In this document: positions 10,804-21,113 of the stretch, piece after piece
Layout of the letters: every line of letters starts with the position of its first letter
How positions within the stretch are numbered: position 1 is the first letter of the stretch
Assembly (NCBI GenBank): GCA_903888615.1
Contig: CAISUE010000046.1
Coordinates: 1,016 to 65,015 of the forward strand
Source of the DNA: an uncultured Gammaproteobacteria bacterium
GTDB lineage: Bacteria > Pseudomonadota > Gammaproteobacteria > CAISUE01
Length of the DNA: 64,000 nt
Direction: 5' to 3'
Made by a program: the position numbers and the translations under genes
The notes under the pieces: generated by a model
The model's input: the letters and a program-made list of their open reading frames with translations, nothing else
What the model was told of the DNA's origin: nothing
The model's database searches: none

Positions 10804-11163
10804 ATGAAACACTATGAAATCGTTCTCATGGTACACCCTGATCAGAGCGAACAGGTGCCTGCCATGTTAGACCGTTATAGCAATATCATTACCGCTGGTA
10901 ATGGCGTCATTCACCGTCGTGAAGATTGTGGCCGTCGGCAATTAGCTTATCCCATCAATAAACTCTATAAAGCGCATTATTTGTTGCTGAATATCGAATG
11001 CGATGCCAAAGTCTTAAGCGAATTAGTAACGATCTTTAAATTCAATGATGCCATCGTGCGCCATTTGATTTTAAATCGTGCTGATGCTGTGTTAATACCA
11101 TCCGCATTGATGAAGAAACAAGAGTCATCAACAGAGTTAGGCCAAATGCCGCCTGCTGAATAA
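10804..11163 (+). CDS. rpsF: 30S ribosomal protein S6
   Basis: [19 protein letters not shown] is the canonical S6 N-terminus. An RBS (aaggag) lies 6 nt upstream. Confidence 0.9.
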   Translation: MKHYEIVLMVHPDQSEQVPAMLDRYSNIITAGNGVIHRREDCGRRQLAYPINKLYKAHYLLLNIECDAKVLSELVTIFKFNDAIVRHLILNRADAVLIPSALMKKQESSTELGQMPPAE

Positions 11164-11183
11164 TTATTAATGAGGAAAAGCTT

Positions 11184-11411
11184 ATGTCGCGTTATTTTCG
11201 TCGTCGTAAATATTGCCGTTTTACTGCTGAAAAAATTGCTGAAGTCGATTACAAAGACGTGGAATTATTGAAAAGTTTCGTTACTGAAACGGGAAAAATT
11301 ATTCCGAGTCGGATTACCGGTACCAAAGCGCGCTATCAGCGTCAATTATCCACCGCGATTAAATTGGCCCGCTTTTTAGCGTTATTGCCATACTGCGATC
11401 GTCACGAATAA
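11184..11411 (+). CDS. rpsR: 30S ribosomal protein S18
   Basis: 75 aa: [12 protein letters not shown]...ITGT.A.YQRQL. There is no priB between rpsF and rpsR. Confidence 0.9.
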   Translation: MSRYFRRRKYCRFTAEKIAEVDYKDVELLKSFVTETGKIIPSRITGTKARYQRQLSTAIKLARFLALLPYCDRHE

Positions 11412-11429
11412 GTTAGCTTAAGGCCCGCT

Positions 11430-12326
11430 ATGCGCAATTGGCTATTGAACTTAACAATGCAGCGTCGCCAAGTGTTTTTCTTGGTCTTGTTTTTAAGTAC
11501 CTTGCCCATTTTGCGTTGGTTTGCGCTGATTTTGTTAAGCTTGGTGACGTTACGATGTGGCGCCAAAGCCGGCAGTCAGTTAGTGCTTGCCATAGTAATC
11601 CCATTAGCGCTGCAACTGACTTATAGTAAGTTAGGCTTATTGCCTCTTTTGGGTCAAGTCGCCAATGTCAGCTTGTTGTTTGTTTTGAGTTTGCTGTTAC
11701 ATACAACTCGCTCGTGGTTGGTGGTATTGCAAGTGTTAACGGTGCTAGGGTTGGTGGTAGTGCTTGGGGTGCATGTTGTGTATCCGGATATCGCGAATTT
11801 TTGGCACAGTTTGTTAACGTCAGAATTTGCTAACTTAAACACGTTACCGGCTTTCTTTTCGGGGGCCGTGTCTGAGCAAGATATGCCAGCTTTACTCGCT
11901 TATGTGAGTCGACTTGCCACGGGTCTTGATGTGATGGTGCTTTCCGCCGCGGCATTGGTGAATGTAAGCTTGGGGCGTTATCTGCAAGCGACACTCTTTA
12001 ATCCGGGTGGCTTGAAAAAAGAATTGTATCAGATACATTTGTCACCGCTGTATGCTTCGGCGTTGATATTGATTTTGATACTGGGCTTAATGACTCACCT
12101 AAGCCTCTTGCTCGATTGTGTTGGGGTAGTACTGTTACCGTTGACAGTAGCGGGTTTAAGCTTGATGCATTACTTGACGGCACAAACGCGCCATCAAAGT
12201 GTGTGGTTAGTTTTTTGTTATTGCGCGTTGTTGTTATTGTCATCTGAAGTATTCGTTATTTTAATAGGCGCGAGTTTTGTTGACGCGTGGTGGAATATCC
12301 GGCAACGTTATGTATTTAAGAGATAA
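11430..12326 (+). CDS. Polytopic inner-membrane protein (DUF2232-like) located between rpsR and rplI
   Basis: 298 aa with about 8 hydrophobic helices. The same rpsR/rplI position is occupied by a membrane protein in other gammaproteobacteria. Confidence 0.55.
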   Translation: MRNWLLNLTMQRRQVFFLVLFLSTLPILRWFALILLSLVTLRCGAKAGSQLVLAIVIPLALQLTYSKLGLLPLLGQVANVSLLFVLSLLLHTTRSWLVVLQVLTVLGLVVVLGVHVVYPDIANFWHSLLTSEFANLNTLPAFFSGAVSEQDMPALLAYVSRLATGLDVMVLSAAALVNVSLGRYLQATLFNPGGLKKELYQIHLSPLYASALILILILGLMTHLSLLLDCVGVVLLPLTVAGLSLMHYLTAQTRHQSVWLVFCYCALLLLSSEVFVILIGASFVDAWWNIRQRYVFKR

Positions 12327-12332
12327 ATCGTT

Positions 12333-12779
12333 ATGAAAATAATTTTATTAGAAAAAAATCGCCATTTAGGTAATATCGGTGATGTGGTAGATGTCAAACC
12401 TGGCTTTGGCCGCAATTTTTTAATCCCACAAGGCAAAGCTGCCAGTGCGACTAAAAATAATATCGCGCAGTTTGAAGCTAAAAGGGCTGAACTTGAAAAA
12501 GTCGCAGCAGAAGTCTTGGCTTTTGCGCAAGCCAGAGCTAGCCAATTGATCGACCAAATCATCACCATTGGTGCGAAAGTCGGTGAAGAAGGTCGCTTGT
12601 TTGGTTCTGTAGGTGCCATCGATATCGCTGACGCTTTGACTCAGCACGGTGTTGCGGTAGTGCGAACTGAAGTGCGCTTGCCGAATGGTGCGATCCGCCA
12701 GATAGGTGAACATGTTGTCGATTTGCATTTGCATCATGATGTGGTTACAACGGTTAAAATACTCGTTGTGGCGGAATAA
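12333..12779 (+). CDS. rplI: 50S ribosomal protein L9
   Basis: [36 protein letters not shown] is the canonical L9 N-terminus. Confidence 0.9.
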   Translation: MKIILLEKNRHLGNIGDVVDVKPGFGRNFLIPQGKAASATKNNIAQFEAKRAELEKVAAEVLAFAQARASQLIDQIITIGAKVGEEGRLFGSVGAIDIADALTQHGVAVVRTEVRLPNGAIRQIGEHVVDLHLHHDVVTTVKILVVAE

Positions 12780-12782
12780 ATC

Positions 12783-14186
12783 GTGCTAGCAGAAACGGGG
12801 CGGAATATTAAACCGCGTAAACTAAAGCGCGACAGTGAATTAGACGCGATTAAGACTCCACCCCATTCCATCGAAGCAGAACAAGCCGTGTTAGGCGGCT
12901 TGTTGCTCGATAACCAAGCCTGGGACCGGGTAGCTGAACGGGTTCAAGAACACGATTTTTATCGTCATGATCACCAATTATTGTTTCAAGCGATTGCCGA
13001 TTTAGCGCGTCGTAATTCCCCTTTTGACTTAGTCACTGTCAGTGAAACGCTTAAATCCTTAAATGAACTCGATAACGCCGGTGGTGATTTTTATTTAGTC
13101 GAATTGGCTAAGAATACTCCCAGTGCTGCCAATATTGCCGCTTATGCCGATATTGTTCGCGATCGCTCTATCTTGCGGCAACTCATTGCCGTGGGTGGCG
13201 CGCTGGCGGATTCAGCTTTTAATCCTGACGGACGCACCACGACGGAATTACTCGATGAAGCAGAGCGTAAAGTGTTTGCCATCGGTGAACAATTATCACG
13301 TGGTACGGGCCCAGTACATATCGCTGATTTATTAGCGCAAGCGGTTGCCAAAGTCGAACATTTGCACCATTCACCGGATGCTGTCACGGGGTTATCCAGT
13401 GGCTTTAGCGATTTAGATGAAATGACTGCGGGCTTACAACCGTCTGATTTGATTATCGTTGCCGGCCGTCCTTCGATGGGTAAAACCAGTTTTGCGATGA
13501 ATGTCGCTGAATACGCGGCTGTTAAGAGTAAACAGCCGGTGTTGATTTTCAGTATGGAAATGCCAGGGGACGCGCTGGCAACCAGAATGTTATCGTCACT
13601 CGGGCGCATTGACCAACACAAAGTCCGCACCGGCCGATTGGAAGATCCTGATTGGCATCGCTTAGCCAGTACCATGGGTATGATGGCCGATACCCCGATG
13701 TATATCGATGATACGCCGAGTTTGAGTCCGATGGAATTGCGGGCCCGAGCCAGGCGACTGGCCAAGCAATTTGATGGTCAATTAGGTTTGATTGTGATCG
13801 ATTATTTGCAATTGATGCAAGTGCCGGGTTTGCGTGATAATCGGGTTGGTGAAATTTCTGAAATTTCTCGTTCATTAAAATCGTTAGCCAAAGAATTGAA
13901 AGTACCCATTATTGCACTCTCGCAATTGAATCGTTCTTTAGAACAACGCACCGATAAACGGCCAGTGATGTCGGATTTACGCGAATCAGGCGCTATTGAA
14001 CAAGATGCTGATTTAATCGTCTTTATCTATCGGGATGAAGTGTATCATGACGACAGTCGTGACAAAGGCACGGCAGAAATCATTATCGCCAAGCACCGTA
14101 ATGGCCCAATCGGCAAAGTGCGTTTAACGTTCATGGGTCAATATACTCGGTTTGAAAACCATACGCCCGGTACCACGGGCTATTAA
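12783..14186 (+). CDS. dnaB: Replicative DNA helicase DnaB
   Basis: 467 aa with a GTG start. P-loop GRPSMGKTSF and DnaB motifs (IEAEQAVLGGLL, SQLNRSLEQR). No intein. Confidence 0.9.
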   Translation: MLAETGRNIKPRKLKRDSELDAIKTPPHSIEAEQAVLGGLLLDNQAWDRVAERVQEHDFYRHDHQLLFQAIADLARRNSPFDLVTVSETLKSLNELDNAGGDFYLVELAKNTPSAANIAAYADIVRDRSILRQLIAVGGALADSAFNPDGRTTTELLDEAERKVFAIGEQLSRGTGPVHIADLLAQAVAKVEHLHHSPDAVTGLSSGFSDLDEMTAGLQPSDLIIVAGRPSMGKTSFAMNVAEYAAVKSKQPVLIFSMEMPGDALATRMLSSLGRIDQHKVRTGRLEDPDWHRLASTMGMMADTPMYIDDTPSLSPMELRARARRLAKQFDGQLGLIVIDYLQLMQVPGLRDNRVGEISEISRSLKSLAKELKVPIIALSQLNRSLEQRTDKRPVMSDLRESGAIEQDADLIVFIYRDEVYHDDSRDKGTAEIIIAKHRNGPIGKVRLTFMGQYTRFENHTPGTTGY

Positions 14187-14516
14187 GGTTTAGTCTAGCA
14201 GCCAAATCCCACGTTGTTCAGATTTTACAATCGTAACATCCCAATACATAATGATGCCTTGCTTTTATTTGAGGGGTTCAATTTTATGAGGTGCTAATTT
14301 TTCTTGGCATAAACCCCAATCTTTTAATCATTCCGCTTGATGAAGCTCTGCCCAATCTAAAATAAGTCCTCATGCTCGTCTTGGTAAATGGCCATCAATC
14401 ATTGTGAGCAGTTAAATGTCAATGCTACCACTAAACGCAGCATATCGAGCGTGAAAATGTGGTGGAGCACGATCGTTATAAAACATGCTAACAGTTGGCA
14501 TTAGTTTTATACTCCC

Positions 14517-14528
14517 ATTACATGTAAT
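14517..14528. promoter_or_regulatory. Perfect 12 bp palindrome ATTACATGTAAT with an adjacent TATAAT, upstream of the ABC transporter gene
   Basis: Palindrome at 14517-14528. A TATAAT sits at 14543-14548, and the start codon at 14559 (or 14586). Confidence 0.3.
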
Positions 14529-14558
14529 ATTTGTGAAAAATTATAATGAATCAGCTTC

Positions 14559-16259
14559 ATGATTTTCATCTCAAGAATTAAACCGATGATTGTTTTTTTA
14601 ACCCGTGTGTGGCGCTTAGCAAAACCTTATTGGCGCTCCCATGAACGGTGCATCGCTTATGCGCTTTTGTTCGCCCTCCTGTGTTTGGGATTTTTATTCG
14701 TCCGTATGCAAGTGCTAGCCAATGGCAATACGCGGTTATTTTACGATGCCTTACAACATTATCAACCGCAGTTAGCTTGGCATTATGCTCTGCTTTATAT
14801 CAGCTATATTTTAGTGATAGCTGTCTGTGCTGCGTTGAGTGCTTTTTTGGGTGATACTTTAATTAATCGTTGGCGCCGTTGGTTGAGTTTTTATTACCTT
14901 GATCATTGGTTGGATCACAAAGCGTATTATCAAATGCCATTGGGTGTTCATGCGGTGGACAATCCCGATCAGCGGATTGCCGATGATATCGAACAATTCA
15001 CCACCATGACCTTAAGTTTATTCAATGGCTTTTATGCCACCTTCATTCAATTAGTCACTTTTACGTTTGTATTGTGGCATTTATCCGGCGCTTATCAGTT
15101 GGTGGTGCATGGTTTTGCGGTAGCCATTCCAGGTTATTTAGTAGGGTGTGCACTGCTTTATGCGGGGGTGAGTACGGGGATTACCTGTTGGCTCGGTCAT
15201 CGATTAGCGCATTTGAATTATCAACAACAACATTTCAATGCCAATTTTCGTTTTGGCTTGATGCGGGTGCGTGAAAATGCTGAACAAATCGCCTTGCAAC
15301 AAGGTGCGAATTTTGAAAAACAAGCGCTGCAACAGTGCTATCAATCGGTGTTTGGTAATTTTAGACAATTGATTACTGTGAATTGCCGTTTAACCTTTTT
15401 CACCCAAAGTGCTAGTTATTTATCGATGATTATTGGTACGTTATTTGCCTTGCCGAAATTCATGATGCAAAGAATGTCAATCGGTGATTTGATGCAAATT
15501 TCCAGTGCGTTTGCGTATGTGGTCAGTGGCTTAGGATTTTTTATGACCGCTTACCGTGAAATGGCCAGTTGGCGCGCGGTAGTCGATCGTTTGAGTGAAT
15601 TTGAAGAAAAAATAGCACTCAGTGTTAAGCAACAGCAGTCTAATTTCGTGGTGAATGCCTCGCAAAGTGGGGATCTTGTGTTAAACAGCGGTATCTTTAG
15701 CACGCCCCAAGGTCGTGTCTTGGCAGTATCCGGTTCGTATACCTTTAAAGTCCAAGAACATACGTTGATTATGGGTGTTTATGGTAGTGGTAAAAGCACC
15801 TTATTGCGTAGTATGGCGGGTATTTGGCCATTTGCAAAAGGAGTTATGACAAAACCGCCAGGTTCGCGATTGTTTTTATCGCAAAAACCTTATTTTCCAA
15901 TCGGGACATTGCAAGCAGCGTTATGTTTTCCACTCAGTAGCAACGATTATGCATTGCAAACAATCATCGATGCGTTGCTTATGTTGCGCTTGGATCACTA
16001 TGTTGCTTTATTGTCACACGATCAGCATTGGATGAATGTATTATCCTTAGGTGAACAACAAAGTTTAAGTTTTGTGCGGGTGTTATTGCATAAGCCGCAG
16101 TGGTTATTTTTAGATGAAGCCACCGCATCACTCGATGAAAGCACAGAAGCTTTCCTCTATCAGTGTTTGGCGACGGCGATGCCCGACACCACCCTTATCA
16201 GTGTCGGGCATCGCCGCAGTTTAAAAGCCCAACACACTCGGGTGATTGGGTTAAGTTAA
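14559..16259 (+). CDS. Fused permease-ATPase ABC transporter of the SbmA/BacA-YddA (ABCD-like) family
   Basis: 566 aa. N-terminal TMD with the NPDQRIADDIEQFT motif typical of the ABCD/SbmA-BacA-like family. C-terminal NBD with Walker A GSGKSTLLR, signature LSLGEQQ and Walker B LFLDEAT. Confidence 0.75.
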   Translation: MIFISRIKPMIVFLTRVWRLAKPYWRSHERCIAYALLFALLCLGFLFVRMQVLANGNTRLFYDALQHYQPQLAWHYALLYISYILVIAVCAALSAFLGDTLINRWRRWLSFYYLDHWLDHKAYYQMPLGVHAVDNPDQRIADDIEQFTTMTLSLFNGFYATFIQLVTFTFVLWHLSGAYQLVVHGFAVAIPGYLVGCALLYAGVSTGITCWLGHRLAHLNYQQQHFNANFRFGLMRVRENAEQIALQQGANFEKQALQQCYQSVFGNFRQLITVNCRLTFFTQSASYLSMIIGTLFALPKFMMQRMSIGDLMQISSAFAYVVSGLGFFMTAYREMASWRAVVDRLSEFEEKIALSVKQQQSNFVVNASQSGDLVLNSGIFSTPQGRVLAVSGSYTFKVQEHTLIMGVYGSGKSTLLRSMAGIWPFAKGVMTKPPGSRLFLSQKPYFPIGTLQAALCFPLSSNDYALQTIIDALLMLRLDHYVALLSHDQHWMNVLSLGEQQSLSFVRVLLHKPQWLFLDEATASLDESTEAFLYQCLATAMPDTTLISVGHRRSLKAQHTRVIGLS

Positions 16260-16291
16260 CTCCACTCAAGCATGGATTGCGTTGAGTGGAG
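16260..16291. terminator. Hairpin between convergent ABC transporter and secreted-protein genes
   Basis: CTCCACTCAA-(12 nt)-TTGAGTGGAG: a 10 bp perfect stem. Confidence 0.5.
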
Positions 16292-16328
16292 GGTATAGAA
16301 AATTTACCGGTTTAGGGTCTTTTTTAGA

Positions 16329-16856
16329 TCATTTAGGTGGGAGCATCGTAGCCACACGTGCGACTGTTGACATGAAGGGAGTGCCTATAGCAGCATTGAC
16401 GGGCACAGTATAAACGTCGTCTTGATATATTACGGAGTATTTATCCCCGACAGTCGACACTTGAGCAGTTGCACTAGGAGGTATAGGCTTGCCACCCAGT
16501 GTCACTGATGTTTTTTCAGTCAGTGAGCCAACTACTGTTCCAGAAGGAGGTGCTGCTGTTAAAATGAGCCCGCTACTTTGAACGATAGCATAAAGATCCC
16601 GAGCGAGAGTGTTGTCGGTAGACAATGGAATCCCTACAACTGATGTACCATCTACGGTCCAACTAACGAAGGGTACAGTCATTGCTCTCCTTGACGCTGC
16701 TGCTGAACCTGTGCCACCGTTATTAAAAACAGGACTTGCAACAGGGGAGGTTTCTTTTGCTTTAGTGTCACCACCAATCGTAGCATGACTTTGTGCGAAG
16801 GCAGCGATGCTGAGGACTGCGGCTAAGCTTACAGCGATTTTTTTAATCATAATCAT
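16329..16856 (-). CDS. Secreted hypothetical protein (signal peptide, Gly/Thr/Val-rich, predicted beta-rich)
   Basis: 175 aa. N-terminal MIMIKKIAVSLAAVLSIAAFAQSHA is a signal peptide. No known domain. Local GC is visibly higher than the flanks. Confidence 0.5.
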   Translation of the reverse strand: MIMIKKIAVSLAAVLSIAAFAQSHATIGGDTKAKETSPVASPVFNNGGTGSAAASRRAMTVPFVSWTVDGTSVVGIPLSTDNTLARDLYAIVQSSGLILTAAPPSGTVVGSLTEKTSVTLGGKPIPPSATAQVSTVGDKYSVIYQDDVYTVPVNAAIGTPFMSTVARVATMLPPK

Positions 16857-16937
16857 TCCTTGAGTTTACTAAAATAAAAACCAGTTTCTTCTTCGCGCAT
16901 CATTGCTTAAGTTCCGGTGGATTGTCAATATTTTTAT

Positions 16938-17047
16938 GGCCCTACTTATTAGAGGCGCAGGGCCACTTCTTTAAAAAATAACTAGCCTGCCAGGAAACTT
17001 TGGCCGAAGGCCATAAAGCTATTAGCCCAGGGCGCCGCCCTGGGTTA
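16938..17047. repeat. Cluster of three GC-rich palindromes (REP-like element, family member E)
   Basis: GGCCCT-N15-AGGGCC (16938-16964), GGCCGAAGGCC (17002-17012) and CCCAGGGCG-c-CGCCCTGGG (17026-17044). Related in architecture to the repeats at 25048, 41664 and 45221. Confidence 0.45.
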
Positions 17048-17127
17048 GATTTAGATGTGTTATTAGTCTGGCTTTTTTTGATAAAAAGCACTAGAATAGT
17101 CCTATATGATCAGGCGTAAAAAACTTT

Positions 17128-17577
17128 ATGTTAAAAATCAGTAAAATGGCCGATTATGCCACGGTGCTTATGGTGTATTGTGCTGAGCATGCGGGGCAAT
17201 CGTGGAGTGCCAGTGAAATCGCTTTAAAAACGCAATTAAAAATGCCGACAGTCAGTAAATTATTAAAAAAATTATTAAAAGTGGGTTTGTTGACTTCTAT
17301 GCGTGGTGTTCAGGGTGGTTATCAATTAGCCCGTGCACCGGAAAGGATTTCCATTGCGGCCATCATCAGCGCGATCGATGGGCCCATTGCTGTAACAGAA
17401 TGCAATCAGCGCGAAAAACACTGTGAATTGGAACGCGATTGTGGTAGCCGCAGTGGTTGGCTATTGATCAATCAAGCAGTGGAAAGTGCGCTGAATAAAG
17501 TCTATTTAATCGATATGTTAGCGGTGCCAACCTCCTCTGTCATTCATTTAAACCTTAAATCGTCGTCGTCATTATGA
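17128..17577 (+). CDS. Rrf2-family Fe-S cluster regulator (IscR-like) heading the suf operon
   Basis: 149 aa with an N-terminal wHTH. Cys92/Cys99/Cys105 spacing is close to IscR C92/C98/C104. Its stop overlaps the sufB start. Confidence 0.8.
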   Translation: MLKISKMADYATVLMVYCAEHAGQSWSASEIALKTQLKMPTVSKLLKKLLKVGLLTSMRGVQGGYQLARAPERISIAAIISAIDGPIAVTECNQREKHCELERDCGSRSGWLLINQAVESALNKVYLIDMLAVPTSSVIHLNLKSSSSL

Positions 17578-19019
17578 ATACTGCTAATTCCGAATTAACC
17601 GCGTTATTGAATCAAAATTATCAACACGGCTTTGTCAGTGCCATTGAAGCAGATGCCTTGCCACCTGGCTTAAGTGAAGACACGGTGCGCGCCATTTCGT
17701 TCAAAAAAAATGAACCGGCATTTATGTTGGCGTGGCGGTTAAAAGCGTATCGTCATTGGTTGACGATGACTGAACCGGTGTGGGCGCATGTGGCTTATCC
17801 CCCCATCGATTATCAACACATCGTGTATTATTCGGCGCCTAAAGTAAAGCCCACTTTAAATAGCCTCGATGAAGTCGATCCTGAATTATTGCGGGTTTAT
17901 GAAAAATTGGGTATTTCACTAAATGAACAAAAGAAATTGTCCAATGTCGCGGTCGATGCGGTGTTTGACAGTATTTCAGTCGCTACCACCTTTAAAGATA
18001 AATTATTGAGTATGGGAGTGATTTTTTGCTCTTTTTCAGAAGCAGTGCAAAAGTATCCTGAATTGGTGCAACAATACTTAGGTTCCATCGTTCCTTATAC
18101 CGATAATTTCTTTGCTGCGTTAAATGCTGCGGTATTCAGCGACGGGTCTTTTGTCTATATCCCCAAGGGCGTGCGCTGCCCGATGGAATTATCGACGTAT
18201 TTTCGCATCAATGCGGCCTCGACCGGGCAATTTGAACGCACCTTGATCATTGCTGATGATGATGCTTATGTTAGTTATTTAGAAGGTTGCACGGCACCGA
18301 TGCGCGATGAAAATCAATTGCATGCAGCAGTGGTAGAAATCATCGCTCTTGATCGGGCAACGGTGAAATATTCAACGGTACAAAATTGGTATCCGGGCGA
18401 TAAAGATGGCAAGGGCGGTATTTATAATTTTGTGACTAAACGCGGCGCTTGTCGGGGCGTGAAAGCCAAAATTTCCTGGACGCAAGTGGAAACAGGTTCG
18501 GCGATTACGTGGAAATACCCGAGTGTGGTCTTGCAAGGCGATGATTCGGTCGGTGAATTTTATTCCGTTGCCGTGACCAATAATTATCAACAAGCCGATA
18601 CCGGCACGAAAATGATTCACATCGGTAAAAATACGTCCAGTACCATTATTTCTAAAGGAATCTCAGCCGGCTTTGGTCAAAATGCTTATCGGGGTTTGGT
18701 ACGGATTAATCCGGGTGCTACCCATGCCCGTAATTATACCCAATGTGATTCCCTCTTGATGGGGGATCGCTGTGGAGCCCATACCTTTCCTTATATCGAA
18801 GTGAAAAATTCAACAGCCCAAGTCGAGCATGAAGCAACCACCTCGAAAATCGGTGCGGATCAATTATTTTTTTGTCAACAACGAGGCTTAAGCGCCGAAG
18901 ATGCGGTCAATTTAATCGTCAATGGTTTTTGTCGCGAGGTGTTTCGAGAATTGCCGATGGAATTTGCTGTGGAAGCGCAAAAATTATTGGGTGTCAGTTT
19001 AGAAGGTTCGGTAGGGTGA
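17574..19019 (+). CDS. sufB: Fe-S cluster assembly scaffold SufB
   Basis: 481 aa with canonical SufB conservation throughout. Confidence 0.9.
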   Translation: MNTANSELTALLNQNYQHGFVSAIEADALPPGLSEDTVRAISFKKNEPAFMLAWRLKAYRHWLTMTEPVWAHVAYPPIDYQHIVYYSAPKVKPTLNSLDEVDPELLRVYEKLGISLNEQKKLSNVAVDAVFDSISVATTFKDKLLSMGVIFCSFSEAVQKYPELVQQYLGSIVPYTDNFFAALNAAVFSDGSFVYIPKGVRCPMELSTYFRINAASTGQFERTLIIADDDAYVSYLEGCTAPMRDENQLHAAVVEIIALDRATVKYSTVQNWYPGDKDGKGGIYNFVTKRGACRGVKAKISWTQVETGSAITWKYPSVVLQGDDSVGEFYSVAVTNNYQQADTGTKMIHIGKNTSSTIISKGISAGFGQNAYRGLVRINPGATHARNYTQCDSLLMGDRCGAHTFPYIEVKNSTAQVEHEATTSKIGADQLFFCQQRGLSAEDAVNLIVNGFCREVFRELPMEFAVEAQKLLGVSLEGSVG

Positions 19020-19124
19020 GATAGGAATTCAAAAATCACAAATTTTTGCCGCTGCACAGCCAGGGAAAGCTAGTTGGTTTGCTTGATAAATACCTACAAA
19101 TTAATTTAACAATGAAAAAACATT

Positions 19125-19865
19125 ATGTTAACCATTAAAGATTTACACGCAGCTGTCGATAATAAAGCGATTTTGCAAGGTTTGAATTTAACGATTCATC
19201 CTGGTGAAGTGCATGCCATCATGGGACCGAATGGCTCCGGTAAAAGCACACTGGGTAATGTCTTGGCGGGTCGTGACGGTTATGATATCAGTGGGACTGT
19301 GACGTATCAACATCAAGATTTATTGAGCCTGGCGCCAGAAGTGCGCGCTCAAGCAGGATTGTTTTTAGCCTTTCAATACCCAATTGAAATTCCCGGCGTC
19401 AGTAATATTTACCTTTTGAAAGCGGCATTAAATGCCAAGCGTAAAGCGCAAGGGTTGCCTGAAGTCGATGCCATGGATTTTTTAAATTCGGTTAAAGAAA
19501 AAATCAAAGCGGTCGATTTAGATCAAGATTTTTTGTATCGCTCGGTCAATGAAGGTTTTTCGGGTGGTGAAAAAAAGCGCAATGAATTGTTACAAATGTT
19601 GATTTTAGAACCCAGCATGATTATTTTGGATGAAACCGATTCGGGTTTAGATATCGATGCATTAAAAGTCGTTGCCGATGGCGTTAATTCGCTACGCAGT
19701 CCGGAGCGTTCGTTTATGGTGATTACCCATTATCAACGCTTATTGGATTATATTGTGCCGGATTTTGTTCATGTGTTAGCCAATGGCAAAATCGTTGCTT
19801 CTGGCGGTAAAGAATTGGCGTTAAAGTTAGAAGCTCAAGGTTATGGGTGGTTGGATAATGCTTAA
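19125..19865 (+). CDS. sufC: Fe-S cluster assembly ATPase SufC
   Basis: 246 aa: GPNGSGKSTL, FSGGEKKRNE, ILDETDSGLD. Confidence 0.9.
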   Translation: MLTIKDLHAAVDNKAILQGLNLTIHPGEVHAIMGPNGSGKSTLGNVLAGRDGYDISGTVTYQHQDLLSLAPEVRAQAGLFLAFQYPIEIPGVSNIYLLKAALNAKRKAQGLPEVDAMDFLNSVKEKIKAVDLDQDFLYRSVNEGFSGGEKKRNELLQMLILEPSMIILDETDSGLDIDALKVVADGVNSLRSPERSFMVITHYQRLLDYIVPDFVHVLANGKIVASGGKELALKLEAQGYGWLDNA

Positions 19866-21099
19866 CCTAGTCACGCATTACCAACAATGGTTGGCGCAGA
19901 AAATACCGGCAGATGTTTTAAGCCCTTTGCGTAGCGACGCTATGGAAGCATTTGCAGCGACAGGCTTTCCTACCCATAAAACAGAAAATTGGCGCTATTT
20001 ACGCTTAACGGGTTTGCGCGAACAAGCGTTTGAGGTAATGCCGCCCAGTTACCTTGATGAGGCAGTGTTAGCGCCATTGCTATTGGCGGATTGTTATCAT
20101 ATCGTGTGTTTAAATGGCTTTTTAATGCCAAAATACAGTCAGTTACCTCATGGTGTAACACTAAATAATTTACGATCGCAATTAACCGATCCTGCGATTC
20201 AAGCACTGATCCATCAAAGCGACCTTAGTAGCAGTTTAGTGGCACTCAATACGGCTTTATTCCAAGAAGGTTTGGTTATTGACGTGAAAGATAAACTGGA
20301 TAAACCCATTCAATGTTTGTTTTTAACCGATGATTTAGGTGCGCATTGCACTAGTCAACAGCGCCATGTATTGCGTTTAAATGTCGATGCGGCAGCGATT
20401 ATTATCGCGGAGCATATCAGTTTAACGGAACAGGTTTTTTTCACCAATAGCGTGTGGCATATAGAATTAGCTGAGCGAGCGAATGGCACTTATTACCAAC
20501 TGTTGACTGATAATGCCAAAGCGATTCATATCGATCATTGCTTACTCAATCAGCAAGCGCGCAGTGTTTATCACGCGTACGGCTTTTTAAATGGTGGCGC
20601 GTTAGTGCGAACCGATTTACAGCAAGCTTTTTTAGGTGAACATGCCTCTTGCACCGTAAAAGCATTGACATTGGCCTCTGGCCAACAACAAGTGGATCAA
20701 CACGTGTTAGTGCGCCACTGTGTGCCCCAGTGTGAGAGTAAACAATGCTTCAAAGGCTTGAGTACCAATCAAGCGCGTTTGATTTTAAATGCAAAAGTCA
20801 TTGTCGATCAACAGGCGCAAAAAACCGCTGCTCAGCAACAACTTCAGCATTTATTATTGAGTCCTAAGGCTGAAATTTACAGCAAGCCAGAATTAGAAAT
20901 TTATGCCAATGATGTGAAATGTGCTCATGGTGCGACGATTGGTCAATTATCCGATGCGGCATTGTTTTATTTAAAATCGCGCGGTATTGACGATGCGCGA
21001 GCGGTGTTGATCAACGCTTTTATGCAAGAATTGCTGGATTTACTGAAATGGCCAGATTTAAAAGCGCGCATAAGTTCATTATTTAGCGTTGATGCTTGA
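19843..21099 (+). CDS. sufD: Fe-S cluster assembly protein SufD
   Basis: 418 aa with a SufD/SufB-like beta-helix C-terminus. Overlaps sufC by 23 nt. Confidence 0.8.
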   Translation: MGGWIMLNLVTHYQQWLAQKIPADVLSPLRSDAMEAFAATGFPTHKTENWRYLRLTGLREQAFEVMPPSYLDEAVLAPLLLADCYHIVCLNGFLMPKYSQLPHGVTLNNLRSQLTDPAIQALIHQSDLSSSLVALNTALFQEGLVIDVKDKLDKPIQCLFLTDDLGAHCTSQQRHVLRLNVDAAAIIIAEHISLTEQVFFTNSVWHIELAERANGTYYQLLTDNAKAIHIDHCLLNQQARSVYHAYGFLNGGALVRTDLQQAFLGEHASCTVKALTLASGQQQVDQHVLVRHCVPQCESKQCFKGLSTNQARLILNAKVIVDQQAQKTAAQQQLQHLLLSPKAEIYSKPELEIYANDVKCAHGATIGQLSDAALFYLKSRGIDDARAVLINAFMQELLDLLKWPDLKARISSLFSVDA

Positions 21100-21113
21100 A
21101 ATAGGAATGCCCC

